Source: a candidate division FCPU426 bacterium
GTDB taxonomy: Bacteria > Oederibacteriota > Muellerivitia > Muellerivitales > Muellerivitaceae
Direction of reading: 5' to 3'
Assembly: GCA_963830915.1 (NCBI GenBank)
Contig: CAWHOE010000054.1
Coordinates: 25,907 to 89,906 of the forward strand
DNA length: 64,000 nt
The notes under the pieces were generated by a model. The model was not told the origin of the DNA. It made no database searches and saw nothing but the letters and a program-made list of their open reading frames with translations. Positions 1 to 9,786 of the stretch are shown piece by piece. The first letter of the stretch is position 1. Each line of letters begins with the position of its first letter. The position numbers were made by a program, and so were the translations under genes.

Positions 1-139
1 ACAACGTTGAAAAAGTGCGCCATTTTAACTGAAGGGTGACAACAGCGTCAACGAATCCTTGCCAAAGATTTGGCTTTTCTTCATGATAAACGCCTTCCAT
101 CCCTTGGCGGATGCTAGCCCTAGTGGTACAAAGGCCATC

Positions 140-673
140 ATGCACATAGAACTCATCCTCGGCGGGGCTCGATCGGGAAAATCCCGCCACGCCCTGCGCC
201 AGGACGCGGACGAATTCTTTTCATCCAAAATATTCCTCGCCACCGCCTCGGCGGCCGATCAGGAAATGACCGACCGCATCCAGCGGCATCGGGCCGAACG
301 GGACGCGAGTTGGCGGACGGTGGAGGAGCCCTATCATCTGACGGACCGATTGGAAAAATGCGCCGTCGAGGAGAAAGGTCTCATCGTCCTGGATTGCGCG
401 ACCCTTTGGATCTCCAACCTCTTGTGCGGGATCGGCGGGGAAGCCCTGAATGTCCCCGACGCGCTTCGGACTCTCGATAACTTTTTGGTAACCATCCCAA
501 AAATGAAGGGTCGCCTTCGTGTTGTGTCCAACGAGGTCGGTTTGGGGATCGTTCCTGAAAACTTATTGGCCCGACAATTCCGGGACTTGCAAGGGACCTT
601 CAATCAAAGGGCCGCGTCCATTGCCAGCCAAGTTATTCTCATGACCGCCGGCATTCCCCAAAAATTAAAATAA
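140..673 (+). CDS. cobU: Adenosylcobinamide kinase / adenosylcobinamide-phosphate guanylyltransferase
   Basis: Motifs LILGGARSGKS (P-loop), D.EM..RI..H, SNEVGLGIVP, R.FRD..G..NQ; ATG at 140 chosen over ORF start 59. Confidence 0.95.
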   Translation: MHIELILGGARSGKSRHALRQDADEFFSSKIFLATASAADQEMTDRIQRHRAERDASWRTVEEPYHLTDRLEKCAVEEKGLIVLDCATLWISNLLCGIGGEALNVPDALRTLDNFLVTIPKMKGRLRVVSNEVGLGIVPENLLARQFRDLQGTFNQRAASIASQVILMTAGIPQKLK

Positions 674-744
674 TAATCTTTACAAAACTTGAAAATATTT
701 TTTGAAGCTGGGAAACTAAAACCATCTTCGCTAGGTTAAAAATT

Positions 745-1380
745 GTGCACAGAGAGTCCACCGTGTCCTTCAAACCTCCTCGTTCTATCCCCCGCGCGAA
801 ATGGTCCCAGGGTCTTTCCGCCCTGGATAAGCTTTGGAAGCGGGGTCTGTTCCCCAACGAATTGGAGCGTCATTATTTCCTCCATTGGTTCGTCGTCTAT
901 GACGGTAACATCCTACGGACCGCCGACGCCCTTCAGATCCACCGCAATACCATCCAGGGCCACTTCCTGAGCCTGGGTTACTCAAAAAAATCGGTGAAGC
1001 TTCGCCATTCCTGGCGGGAGATCCAGGAAAAATATCCCAAGGATTCCTTCGAGAAAAATTTCCTGCGGTTCTACCAAAAGTTCGGCAAGAAACCGAGTTT
1101 CACTCCCGAAGAGAACAATGCCTTGGTGGGTCTGTGGCAGACCCGGTTCTCTTTCAAGACCCTGGTCTCCCATTATCTTCTCTGGTCCATCCGAAGCGGC
1201 AAGTCACGGGATTGGGTCCAGAAACAACTGGATTATTCCTACCGCCACCGGGCCAGGCTGCTGAGCCAGTTGGTGAAATCCAAGACCCGGGACGGGTTCT
1301 GGCTATCCCCATTGAAGCCTTCCCCCCGGGAGATCCACACCCCTCGTTACCAAAAGATCCTGCGTAAAAAGGGTCTTTAA
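745..1380 (+). CDS. Hypothetical basic protein with Fis/NtrC-type HTH and a second degenerate copy
   Basis: ELERHY...GNILRTADALQIHRNTI matches the Fis-type HTH pattern; second half repeats the L..LW......L..HY.L layout; start uncertain (GTG 745 or 763). Confidence 0.6.
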   Translation: MHRESTVSFKPPRSIPRAKWSQGLSALDKLWKRGLFPNELERHYFLHWFVVYDGNILRTADALQIHRNTIQGHFLSLGYSKKSVKLRHSWREIQEKYPKDSFEKNFLRFYQKFGKKPSFTPEENNALVGLWQTRFSFKTLVSHYLLWSIRSGKSRDWVQKQLDYSYRHRARLLSQLVKSKTRDGFWLSPLKPSPREIHTPRYQKILRKKGL

Positions 1381-1472
1381 ACCATTACCCCTCTCGACTC
1401 TTTTAAAAGGTGTGCCGCCGCTCTTAATATGGTAAAAATTGTCCGTCGAAAGCCTCATTCAAGGGGAGATTC

Positions 1473-2579
1473 ATGAGCCTGCCGAAAACTTTTATTTCCA
1501 TTCCGCCTCTCTACCAAAAAGTCATGCAAGCCGCGGCCAAACGGCAGGCACAACTGACCAAGCCGGCCCGCAGCCTGGGCCGCTTGGAGGATATCGCCAT
1601 CCAAGTCGCCGGGATCACGGGCGAGGTCATCCCCAAACTGGGCAAGAAAAGGGTCATCCTCTGCGCCGCCGACCACGGGGTCACAGCCGAAGGCGTTTCC
1701 GCCTTTCCCTCCGCGGTCACTCCTATGATGGTGTTGAACTTCCTTAAAGGCGGGGCGGCCATCAACGCCTTGGCCCGCCACTCGGGGGCCGAAATCCAGG
1801 TGGTGGATGTTGGCGTCGCGGCCGAGCTTCCCAAGACCCACAAGCTCATCTTAGCCAAGATCGCCATGGGGACCAGGAACTTCAAGGTGGAGCCCGCCAT
1901 GACCGAGGCCCAATGCGATAAGGCCCTGGAGATCGGCCTGCGTCTGGCCTACCAGGCCAAGAAGGACAAGATCCGCTGGGTGGTCTTGGGTGAAATGGGG
2001 ATCGGCAACACCACCTCCTCCGCCGCCCTGATGGCCGCCTTGCTTCCCTGCGCCGTGGAGGATGTGACCGGTTTCGGGACCGGCATCGACCGGACCCAAT
2101 GGCTGGTGAAGTGCCGGGTCATCCAGGAAGGCCTCCGCCGCCACAACGTGGACGCTTCCGATCCCTTGCGGGCCCTTCAATGCCTGGGAGGCCTGGAGAT
2201 CGCCGCCTTGACCGGCGTGGTCATGGGCTGCGCCAAGAACCGCATCCCCATCGTGGTGGACGGATTCATCACCTCGGCGGCTTTCCTGGTCGCTTACCGC
2301 CTCAATTCAAGGGTGAAAGAGTACTCGTTCTTCTCCCACCGTTCGGAGGAACCGGGACATTCCAAGTTCCTGGATATGCTCGACGTGAAGCCCCTGCTCA
2401 ATTTGAAGATGCGCTTGGGCGAGGGAACGGGCGGGGCCTTGGCATTGAATATCCTGGAATCGGCCTTGAAAACCCACGCCGAAATGGCGACCTTCGAGAG
2501 CGCCAAGGTACCCACCAAGACCAAAAGATCCAAGACCTATCCACGGCACAATATCGAAAAGAGGAAAAGCGAGGACTGA
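1473..2579 (+). CDS. cobT: Nicotinate-nucleotide--dimethylbenzimidazole phosphoribosyltransferase
   Basis: LTKP..SLGRLE, ADHGV..EGVS, GEMGIGNTT, DGFI, MRLGEGTG motifs; RBS GGGGAG. Confidence 0.97.
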   Translation: MSLPKTFISIPPLYQKVMQAAAKRQAQLTKPARSLGRLEDIAIQVAGITGEVIPKLGKKRVILCAADHGVTAEGVSAFPSAVTPMMVLNFLKGGAAINALARHSGAEIQVVDVGVAAELPKTHKLILAKIAMGTRNFKVEPAMTEAQCDKALEIGLRLAYQAKKDKIRWVVLGEMGIGNTTSSAALMAALLPCAVEDVTGFGTGIDRTQWLVKCRVIQEGLRRHNVDASDPLRALQCLGGLEIAALTGVVMGCAKNRIPIVVDGFITSAAFLVAYRLNSRVKEYSFFSHRSEEPGHSKFLDMLDVKPLLNLKMRLGEGTGGALALNILESALKTHAEMATFESAKVPTKTKRSKTYPRHNIEKRKSED

Positions 2580-2610
2580 CCTCCCTTCTCCCACCATTGA
2601 AAGGTTTTGA

Positions 2611-3336
2611 ATGAAATCTTTTTTCATGGCCCTTTCAACCCTCACCTGTCTCCCTTTCCCTTCGGGAAAAGGAACTTCCGGTCATATGAAAAATTCGGTC
2701 ATCTTCTATCCTCTCGCCGGCGGGCTCATCGGGGCCCTGTTAGCCCTGGTCTGGAAAAGTCCTCTCCCTAACAACCTGCAGGCCCTTCTAACCTTGATCC
2801 TCTGGGTCTTGTTGACCTTGGCGTTCCATCTGGACGGTCTGGGGGATTGTTTGGACGGTTGGTTCGGGGGGAAAGACCCGAAGGAACGCCGCCGCATCAT
2901 GAAAGGTTCCACACTCGGGGTCTACGGGGCCGTCGGCATCGTCCTGGTCCTCATTTCCAAATACGTCCTCTTGGAACACCTGTTCACCAAGACGGATGGG
3001 TGGAAGTGGCTCATCGCCATCCCCGCCGGGGCTCGTTTCGCCGCGGTGGTCTCCTGTTTCATCTCCAAACCGCCCAAAGGGGACCATGGCCTGGGTTCCC
3101 TCGTCCTCGGGCTTTCCTTTCCAGGCTTCCTCTTATCCTTATTGTTCCTTTCGGCGCTGATCCCGTGGTTCCGCTGGTACTTCCTTTGGCTCCTGGGTAT
3201 CGCGTTGGCCGTGTCCATGGTCATATCCTCGGTCTCGAAAAACCGCATCGGGGGACTCACCGGCGACGGCCTGGGCGCCACGATCGAGTTGACCGAGGTC
3301 GCCCTCCTTTTCCTCGCTTGTCTATCCTTCGTTTAA
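2611..3336 (+). CDS. cobS: Cobalamin-5'-phosphate synthase
   Basis: HLDGLGD..DG, IMK, GG.TGD.LGA..E motifs; multi-TM. Confidence 0.95.
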   Translation: MKSFFMALSTLTCLPFPSGKGTSGHMKNSVIFYPLAGGLIGALLALVWKSPLPNNLQALLTLILWVLLTLAFHLDGLGDCLDGWFGGKDPKERRRIMKGSTLGVYGAVGIVLVLISKYVLLEHLFTKTDGWKWLIAIPAGARFAAVVSCFISKPPKGDHGLGSLVLGLSFPGFLLSLLFLSALIPWFRWYFLWLLGIALAVSMVISSVSKNRIGGLTGDGLGATIELTEVALLFLACLSFV

Positions 3337-3337
3337 A

Positions 3338-4072
3338 ATGAATCCGAAAAAAACGGTCTTGATCATCGGCCATGGAAGCCGAGAAAGTTCCGCCCTCAAC
3401 GAATTCAAGCGAATGGTCCGACAGTATGGCCGCCGTCGCCCGAAATGGTGGATCGCCTACGCTTTCCTGGAAATGGCCGAACCTTCCATCCCCCAAGCCT
3501 TGGGTTCTCTCGCAAAACGAACCAACGAGATACTCATCCTTCCGCTCTTCCTATTCGCCGCGGGACACATGAAAAGGGACATCCCTAAGATCCTGAAGGA
3601 ATTCAAAATGAGCCATCCCAAGGTCCGGGTGAAACTGGCCAAAGAATTGGGGCCTGAACCTTTGATGGCGGAATTATTAATGAAAAGGGTTGGATTGAAA
3701 AAAAGGACTTTCTCACAAAACCAAATCTTGGTCGTGGGGCGGGGCGCCAGGGAACTATCCGCGCAAAAGGACTTCCGGAAAATAGTCGGGATCCTCCGAA
3801 AAAAAGGGGACTTCAAGAAGGTCCAACATTGTTTTTTCGATGTATCCAGGCCAAGCTTCGAGGAAAGTCTTTCAACCCTAGCGGCCCAGAAACCTCAGAA
3901 GCTTTTGATCGCGCCCTACCTGCTTTTTAAAGGTTCTTTGGTCGACCGGATCTCGAAAAGAACGCGTCTGTATTCCCTCCAAAACCCGGCCATCCAAGTC
4001 CGCCTAGCGCCTCCTTTAGGCATCCATCCCAAACTATTCCAATTGATGGACCAAAGACTCCGAGAACTTTAG
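3338..4072 (+). CDS. CbiX/SirB-family sirohydrochlorin chelatase (two-domain)
   Basis: GHGSR, AFLE...P, PLFLF.AGH...DIP, second domain GRG and PYLLF.G; no C-terminal Cys/His-rich tail. Confidence 0.85.
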   Translation: MNPKKTVLIIGHGSRESSALNEFKRMVRQYGRRRPKWWIAYAFLEMAEPSIPQALGSLAKRTNEILILPLFLFAAGHMKRDIPKILKEFKMSHPKVRVKLAKELGPEPLMAELLMKRVGLKKRTFSQNQILVVGRGARELSAQKDFRKIVGILRKKGDFKKVQHCFFDVSRPSFEESLSTLAAQKPQKLLIAPYLLFKGSLVDRISKRTRLYSLQNPAIQVRLAPPLGIHPKLFQLMDQRLREL

Positions 4073-6078
4073 AAAGAGACCTTGGTTCCCGCGTAAGCGG
4101 AGATTCCGGGAGTCCCATATCCATAGACTTCCTCATAAATCGTATTGAATAAATTGTCCACCCGGCCAAAGAGTTTGAGGTTGGCGTTGATGTCATAGGC
4201 AGCCATCAGGTTCACCAGGGTATAGGAAGGCAAGGTGACGGGTGTGGAGGTGTAATTTAAGAAGGCCTCGTCCGGCCTGTCCCCGACATAAAGAATATTG
4301 AATCCTATATGAGCCCCTCTCCATTGGTATGAAGCGCTGAAATCGGCCTGGTTCTGGGGCCTGCGCAAGAGTGCATTCCCGGTTTGCTCGTCGAAAGCCC
4401 AGGTATAGGTATAGTCGGCCCTTATTTCCAGGTCCGTGATCGGTTTGGCGGAAGCGAAAGTTTCCCACCCTTCGGTCCGGGCTTTCCCGATATTGAAATA
4501 TTCCCCATAGGGAGGCGTGGCTGTATTCTCATAATCGATCAAGTTGGTGTAATCGTTATGGAAATAAGTCGCCCCCGCCTTGATCGCGCCACCCAGGAAT
4601 GGTTGCTCGAATCCCGCGTCCCATCCCTCACTGGTCTCGGCCCGCAAACTGGCGCTGCCATAGGGGGAATAAAGCTGGTAGATCGAAGGCGCGGTGAATC
4701 CCGTGCCATAGGTCGCCTTCAACTTGGTTTCCAACCCCGGGACGAAATAAGCGACCGCGCCCCGATAGGTATATTGGCTCCCAAAGGAACTGACCGCGTC
4801 CAACCGGCCGCCCAGTGTGGCGAAAAGCCTGTCCAATAAAGCGGTCTGGCTCTCGATGAAATAACTGCCCGTGGTCGTCGTTCGGTCGATCAAGGTATCC
4901 GAGAGTCCATAACCGAAATCGGCCGTATCATCCTCCCGGCCCCACTCTTCCTGTTCCTGTATCCCGGCCGCCAGGGTTTCGCCCTTCCAGAGGTTGATAT
5001 TGTTTTGCCAATTGATCTGGGCCGATTGTCCCTCCAGGGCTCCCCGCTCATAGTGCGAGTTCGCGTAGGAACTGAAATCGTCGGTATAAACTTGCAGATC
5101 GTTCGTATAGGACATTCCCAAAACCTGTTCCCATTGACCGTCCAGGAGCTTCCAATTGGATTGGCTTCCCACCACCCACTGCCGTTCATTCACGAAATAA
5201 TTGGGATCATCCCCATTCGCCCCGCCTTGTGAGGGAAGATTGGTCCTGGATTGGATATAACGAACGTAAACATGGTTGTCCAAGTCGGAGGAAGGCAAAA
5301 TCCCCAATCGAAAGGAAGCGGTGGTGTTCTCGTCCGAGTCGTTGAGGGTATTGCCCAGGGCTTTATCCGCCGAGGGGAAACCATCCGTTTCATAACGGGA
5401 AGCGGATAGGGAGTAATTGACGCTCTTGTCCCCCGCCGAAGCGGTCGCCGACTCGCGGAAAGTGTCATACGCCCCGCCTTCCAACAGGAGAGAGCCTTTG
5501 GGGGGCCCGTCCCCCCTCTGGGTGATGATGTTCACGACCCCCGCCGTGGCGTTGGTTCCGTAGACCGTGCTCATCGGACCCCGTACCACCTCGATCTGGC
5601 TGACATCCTCGAGGAAGTACTGATCAAAATCAGTGAAGGACCGGTCGGTCGAGATAGGATTGTTCATGGGGATCCCATCCACCAGGACCAGCGAATGTCC
5701 CGCGTCGGCGCCGCGGATGAAGAGGGAGGAGTTCTCTCCGGAAGCGCCGTTCACAAGAAGGGTCAAGCCCGGAACTCCCTGGAGCGCGTCCAGGGCTGTG
5801 CTCGCCTGTTTTTGCTCGATATCCTTGGCGGTGATGACGCTCATCGAATTGGCCACTTGGCTCAAGGGCGTATCCAGGCGGTTGGTACTCACGACCACTT
5901 CGGGCATGGCCACGCCGAACTGGGCGGAAGAGGTATTGGCTTGGGACTCGACCGTCAGGGTATTACCCGTCGACTCTGGTAAAAGGGGATCGGCCCAAAG
6001 GAACGAAGGGGGAGAAACAATGCCGCCAAGAACTAAGACCAAAGATAAAACACGTCCACGACTTGAAATTCGATTCAT
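4069..6078 (-). CDS. btuB: TonB-dependent cobalamin receptor
   Basis: Plug motifs (LVLVDG, IEVVRGP.S.VYG), barrel ending in C-terminal Phe, preceded by a B12 riboswitch; ATG 6078 has a GAGGT RBS, whereas the 6246 start lies inside the riboswitch. Confidence 0.9.
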   Translation of the reverse strand: MNRISSRGRVLSLVLVLGGIVSPPSFLWADPLLPESTGNTLTVESQANTSSAQFGVAMPEVVVSTNRLDTPLSQVANSMSVITAKDIEQKQASTALDALQGVPGLTLLVNGASGENSSLFIRGADAGHSLVLVDGIPMNNPISTDRSFTDFDQYFLEDVSQIEVVRGPMSTVYGTNATAGVVNIITQRGDGPPKGSLLLEGGAYDTFRESATASAGDKSVNYSLSASRYETDGFPSADKALGNTLNDSDENTTASFRLGILPSSDLDNHVYVRYIQSRTNLPSQGGANGDDPNYFVNERQWVVGSQSNWKLLDGQWEQVLGMSYTNDLQVYTDDFSSYANSHYERGALEGQSAQINWQNNINLWKGETLAAGIQEQEEWGREDDTADFGYGLSDTLIDRTTTTGSYFIESQTALLDRLFATLGGRLDAVSSFGSQYTYRGAVAYFVPGLETKLKATYGTGFTAPSIYQLYSPYGSASLRAETSEGWDAGFEQPFLGGAIKAGATYFHNDYTNLIDYENTATPPYGEYFNIGKARTEGWETFASAKPITDLEIRADYTYTWAFDEQTGNALLRRPQNQADFSASYQWRGAHIGFNILYVGDRPDEAFLNYTSTPVTLPSYTLVNLMAAYDINANLKLFGRVDNLFNTIYEEVYGYGTPGISAYAGTKVSF

Positions 6079-6186
6079 GAGCCCACACCTCGAGGCCGAA
6101 CGCTCATCAAGGAGGGGTTGCAGGGAGGAAAACCGGAATGGGCTTAACTCTCCGCTTCTTATTCCCGAAGAAGCATTCGAAGATTT

Positions 6187-6408
6187 CTCAAGGCCGGTCT
6201 CCTGGCTTGGGGCATACGACCTTCCGGCCTTCCCATCCCTTTTCAAGGACAGTGACTCGGAAGAAAAGAACAGCGCCCCTCACAGTGGCGGGTCCGCGTA
6301 CCGTCTTCCGGATCTTAAGGAGGACGGCATGTTCGGCGCTCCAACAAGGGCCTTTCGGTCCATTCGCGCCTCACACCAGATTCTCACTGGCTTCCCAAAC
6401 ACCTTGAG
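6187..6408 (-). promoter_or_regulatory. Cobalamin (AdoCbl-type) riboswitch with a ~76-nt internal insertion
   Basis: Minus strand reads CTCAAGGT..GGGAA GCCAG-TGAGAAT-CTGGT ... CGCGGACCCGCCACTGT ... AGTCACTG ... TGGGAAGG ... AAGCCAGGAGACCGGCCTTGAG (B12 box); P1 pairs 6401-6408 with 6187-6194. Confidence 0.93.
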
Positions 6409-6454
6409 TTATGTGGCTTAGATACTCCTCTTTAAAACCAAAGTCAACGCAATA

Positions 6455-7309
6455 CTACTTTTGGGCCTCATCGAAGACCTTCGAGAGGTATTCGGCCAGT
6501 CCCAGCATGGTCGGTCCCGGGATCAAGTACTCATCCTGGGTCATGAAATAGAGATGATGCTCTCGCACGGCTTTCAAGGAAGAAAGCTCGGCCCAGGAAT
6601 CCTTGGCCTTCTGGATGGTTTCCTTCGTGGCCTCATCACCCGGCATGGAATCCACGATGACATCCGGGTCCTCTTTCAACAGATCTTCCTTGGAGACCAA
6701 CGGATAGGGCGCGGCCGTTCCCCGCAGGATGTTCTTGCCCCCCGCCAGTCGCAGGATCTCGTCCACGAACGATTTGTCCCCCGCCGCGTAGATCTGCTGA
6801 AGGCCGTCCGTATTGTGTCCCACCACGAAAAGGACCGAGACTTCTTTTCGGGTCCCCGCTTTCTTTCGGACCAGGGCCAGTCTTTTTTCCAAACGCGTTC
6901 TCGCCTGAAGGGCCTCGGCTTCCAGCCCCAAGCGTTTGCCCAATAGGTCGTAGGTGTCCAGCACATCCTGGATCTTGGAGTCATCCTGGACCAGGACCGG
7001 GATGCCTAAATGCTCCAAGGTCGTGATGGTCTGGCCATGGAAGGGAAGCATCAAGACCAGATCGGGTTTCAGCGACACGATCATCTCGATGTTGGGGTTA
7101 TAAAAACCCCCGACCTTTTCCTTTTTCCTCGCCGCGGGAGGATATTTGCAGAAGTCGGTCACGCCAACAATGCGGTCCTGGGCCCCCATGTCGTAAAGGA
7201 TCTCGGTGAAGTTGGGCGACATGGAAATGACCCGGTGAGGGAAAGGTTCCTGCGCTCTGGGGACCGCGCAAAGGGCCAGGATGAAAAAGAAAAGAAAGGA
7301 CCTTATCAC
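6455..7309 (-). CDS. btuF: Cobalamin ABC transporter substrate-binding protein
   Basis: RVISMSPN.TEIL, VGVT.FC.YP, E.I.SLKPDLV; signal peptide; GTG overlaps the bluB stop (GTGA). Confidence 0.88.
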   Translation of the reverse strand: MIRSFLFFFILALCAVPRAQEPFPHRVISMSPNFTEILYDMGAQDRIVGVTDFCKYPPAARKKEKVGGFYNPNIEMIVSLKPDLVLMLPFHGQTITTLEHLGIPVLVQDDSKIQDVLDTYDLLGKRLGLEAEALQARTRLEKRLALVRKKAGTRKEVSVLFVVGHNTDGLQQIYAAGDKSFVDEILRLAGGKNILRGTAAPYPLVSKEDLLKEDPDVIVDSMPGDEATKETIQKAKDSWAELSSLKAVREHHLYFMTQDEYLIPGPTMLGLAEYLSKVFDEAQK

Positions 7310-7974
7310 TGGGGTCCCTGGGTCTGGCCCCAACGGTCATAAAAGATCAGGTCGTTCGTTGGTATCTGGGGCAGCCATCCGGCGGTCTTGAGTTCTGGCT
7401 CAGAGGCGAAAAGATCGGTGAAACCCACGCAAAGGTAGGCTACCGGTACCACGTCCTGGGGCAACTGAAGGATGGAGGATAACTCCTCTGTCTTGATGAT
7501 GCTCACCCAACCCACGCCCACTCCCTCGCAGCGGGCCGCCAGCCAAAGGTTCTGCACGGCGCAGACCGCGCTGTACAGGTCCATGTCAGCCTGGGCGGTG
7601 CGTCCCAGGACCACCGGCCCGAACCTCTTTCGGTCACAGGTCACGCAGATGTTCAGGGCCGAGTCCAGGATGCCTTCCAGCTTCAGGGAAGCGTATTTGA
7701 CCTGACGCTCTCCCTGGAACATCCCTTTGGCTTCCTCGTTCGCCCTTTGGAACGCCTCCCTCACCCGGCCCCGCACCTCTCGGTCATGGATGAGGATGAA
7801 ATTCCAGGGCTGCATGAACCCCACCGACGGGGCGCATAAAGCGGCCCCCAGGATTCTCTGGAGGACTTCCGGGGGGATCGGGTCCGAACGGAACTTCCGG
7901 ACATCCCGCCTTTGTTTGATGACGCGGTAAACCGCCTCCCGCTCCGGATCGCTGAATGAATGTTGATCGGTCAT
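7306..7974 (-). CDS. bluB: 5,6-dimethylbenzimidazole synthase
   Basis: RRDVR.F, APSVG.MQPWNF, LKLEGI, LGRT, D.YS.VCAVQNLWLAAR.EG.GVGWVS. Confidence 0.95.
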   Translation of the reverse strand: MTDQHSFSDPEREAVYRVIKQRRDVRKFRSDPIPPEVLQRILGAALCAPSVGFMQPWNFILIHDREVRGRVREAFQRANEEAKGMFQGERQVKYASLKLEGILDSALNICVTCDRKRFGPVVLGRTAQADMDLYSAVCAVQNLWLAARCEGVGVGWVSIIKTEELSSILQLPQDVVPVAYLCVGFTDLFASEPELKTAGWLPQIPTNDLIFYDRWGQTQGPQ

Positions 7975-7984
7975 AAGTTCGCCC

Positions 7985-8995
7985 TCAAGTCAAATAAGTC
8001 CGCTTGCGGAATAGCAAGCCCAACAAGACCGGAACTCCAATGAGCGCGGTGATGACCCCGACCGGCAGTTCCGTGGTCCCGAAAAAGGACCGGCACAAAG
8101 TGTCACATAACATCAAGAAAGCCGCCCCTCCCAGGGCGCTGCAGGTCAAAAGGTATCGGTGGTCGTTCCCGACGAAAAGCCTGTAAATGTGGGGAACGAT
8201 CAGTCCCACAAAGGCGATGGGCCCGGTCAGTGAAACGCAGGCGCTGGTCATCAGGGACGCGGTCAAAACGGAAAGCATGATCACTCGAACCGTCGAGACT
8301 CCCTTCACTTGGGCCAGTTCCTCCCCGGCTGAGAGTAGGTTCAATTCCCGGCCCATGGAGAACAGGATGATGAACCCGGCCACGACCACGATCATCAATC
8401 TCATGACCGAGGTCATCTCGATGACATCCAGGCTTCCCATCAGCCAATGCATCATGGCGTAACTCTGGGTGAAGTCCGCCATGAAATAGAACAGGAGCAC
8501 CAGCGCGTTGAAGAAGTAATTGATCCCGATACCGGCCAGAAGGAGCGTGGTCGCCGAATAGGAACGGATCACTGTGGCCAGGGAATAGACCAGGATGATG
8601 GATAGGATCGCCCCCAGGAACGCGAAGAGGGTCACCATGGAGAACCCGCCGAACCCCGCGGTCAAACCCAGCGCGATGGCTGCCACTGCCCCGAAGGAAC
8701 TCCCGCCGGCGATCCCCAGCGTGAAGGGACAGGCCAGGGGATTGCGCAATACCGCCTGGAACACCACTCCCGCCGCCGCCATGGCCGCTCCCGTCAGGAC
8801 CGCCAGGAAACCCCGGGGCAGGCGGACGGTGAAAAAGATCTGGGCGTCGCGGTTGTCGGGGGCCGGGGGCCAGGATTGGAAAACCTTTTGGAAGGAAATG
8901 TTCGTGGAACCCAGCAGGGGACAGCCGATCAGGACAACCAAAAAGAAACCAATGGTGAAAAGAAGGACCATTCGTTTCTGGGAGTCGCTGGTCAT
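7985..8995 (-). CDS. btuC: FecCD/BtuC-family ABC permease
   Basis: RLPR, Q...RNPLA.P..LG, GPI.FVGLIVPH, ELPVGVITA. Confidence 0.9.
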   Translation of the reverse strand: MTSDSQKRMVLLFTIGFFLVVLIGCPLLGSTNISFQKVFQSWPPAPDNRDAQIFFTVRLPRGFLAVLTGAAMAAAGVVFQAVLRNPLACPFTLGIAGGSSFGAVAAIALGLTAGFGGFSMVTLFAFLGAILSIILVYSLATVIRSYSATTLLLAGIGINYFFNALVLLFYFMADFTQSYAMMHWLMGSLDVIEMTSVMRLMIVVVAGFIILFSMGRELNLLSAGEELAQVKGVSTVRVIMLSVLTASLMTSACVSLTGPIAFVGLIVPHIYRLFVGNDHRYLLTCSALGGAAFLMLCDTLCRSFFGTTELPVGVITALIGVPVLLGLLFRKRTYLT

Positions 8996-9786
8996 GACCG
9001 CCTCCCCTTGGGGACGAAATAGGGAACCTTACCGCCTACCTTGAGGGGTGTCACATCCACCCCGTGGATGGTCTTGATGTTCTTGGCCGTCAGGACCTTG
9101 GCCGGCGTCCCGTCCGCCACCATCGCCCCTTCCCGCATCAGGACCAGGCGGTCCAGGTATCTTCCCGCCAGGTTGATCTCGTGGGTGGCCACCACCACCG
9201 TCACGCCCTCTTCCCGGTGAAGCTTTTGGATGATCTCGAACAGAAGGATCTGATGGGCCAGGTCCAGCGACAGGGTAGGCTCATCCAGCAGGAGCACCTG
9301 GGGGGTCTGGGCCAGGGCGGAGGCCAGCAGCACCCTTTGCCGCTCTCCTCCGGAAAGTTCCTCATAGCGCCGGTCCTTGAAATCCAGCGCGTCGCAAAGC
9401 TCCATCGCCCTCTCGCAAATGCTCCGGTCCTTATGGCTGATGGGTTGGAACCGGGCCAGATAAGGATGGCGTCCCATCTCCACCACTTCCCAGACGCTCA
9501 AGGGAAAGGTGAAGTGGAGGGATTGGGGAACGTAGGCCATGATCTTGGCCCTTTCCCGGACCGGGATGGCCCGGAGAGGTTGTCCATTCAGGAGCACCCG
9601 CCCCTCTTGGGGCGTCAGGAGGCCGGCCATGAGCTTGAGCAGGGTCGACTTGCCCGCGCCATTGGGGCCCAGCAGGCCCAGCAGGTCGCCCGGCTCCACC
9701 TTGAGGTCGGTTTGATGAAGCTCGAACTTGGAGAGGGAAGGATAATGGAACGAAAGGTTTTGGATCTCGAATAGGGGCACGGACAT
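8992..9786 (-). CDS. btuD: Cobalamin/iron ABC transporter ATP-binding protein
   Basis: GPNGAGKS, LSGGERQR, LLLDEPT; operon with permease and binding protein. Confidence 0.9.
   Translation of the reverse strand: MSVPLFEIQNLSFHYPSLSKFELHQTDLKVEPGDLLGLLGPNGAGKSTLLKLMAGLLTPQEGRVLLNGQPLRAIPVRERAKIMAYVPQSLHFTFPLSVWEVVEMGRHPYLARFQPISHKDRSICERAMELCDALDFKDRRYEELSGGERQRVLLASALAQTPQVLLLDEPTLSLDLAHQILLFEIIQKLHREEGVTVVVATHEINLAGRYLDRLVLMREGAMVADGTPAKVLTAKNIKTIHGVDVTPLKVGGKVPYFVPKGRRS

Noticed and set aside
6079..6246. N-terminal extension of btuB in the ORF track
   Set aside because: It overlaps the riboswitch; ATG 6078 has an RBS and gives a normal signal peptide.
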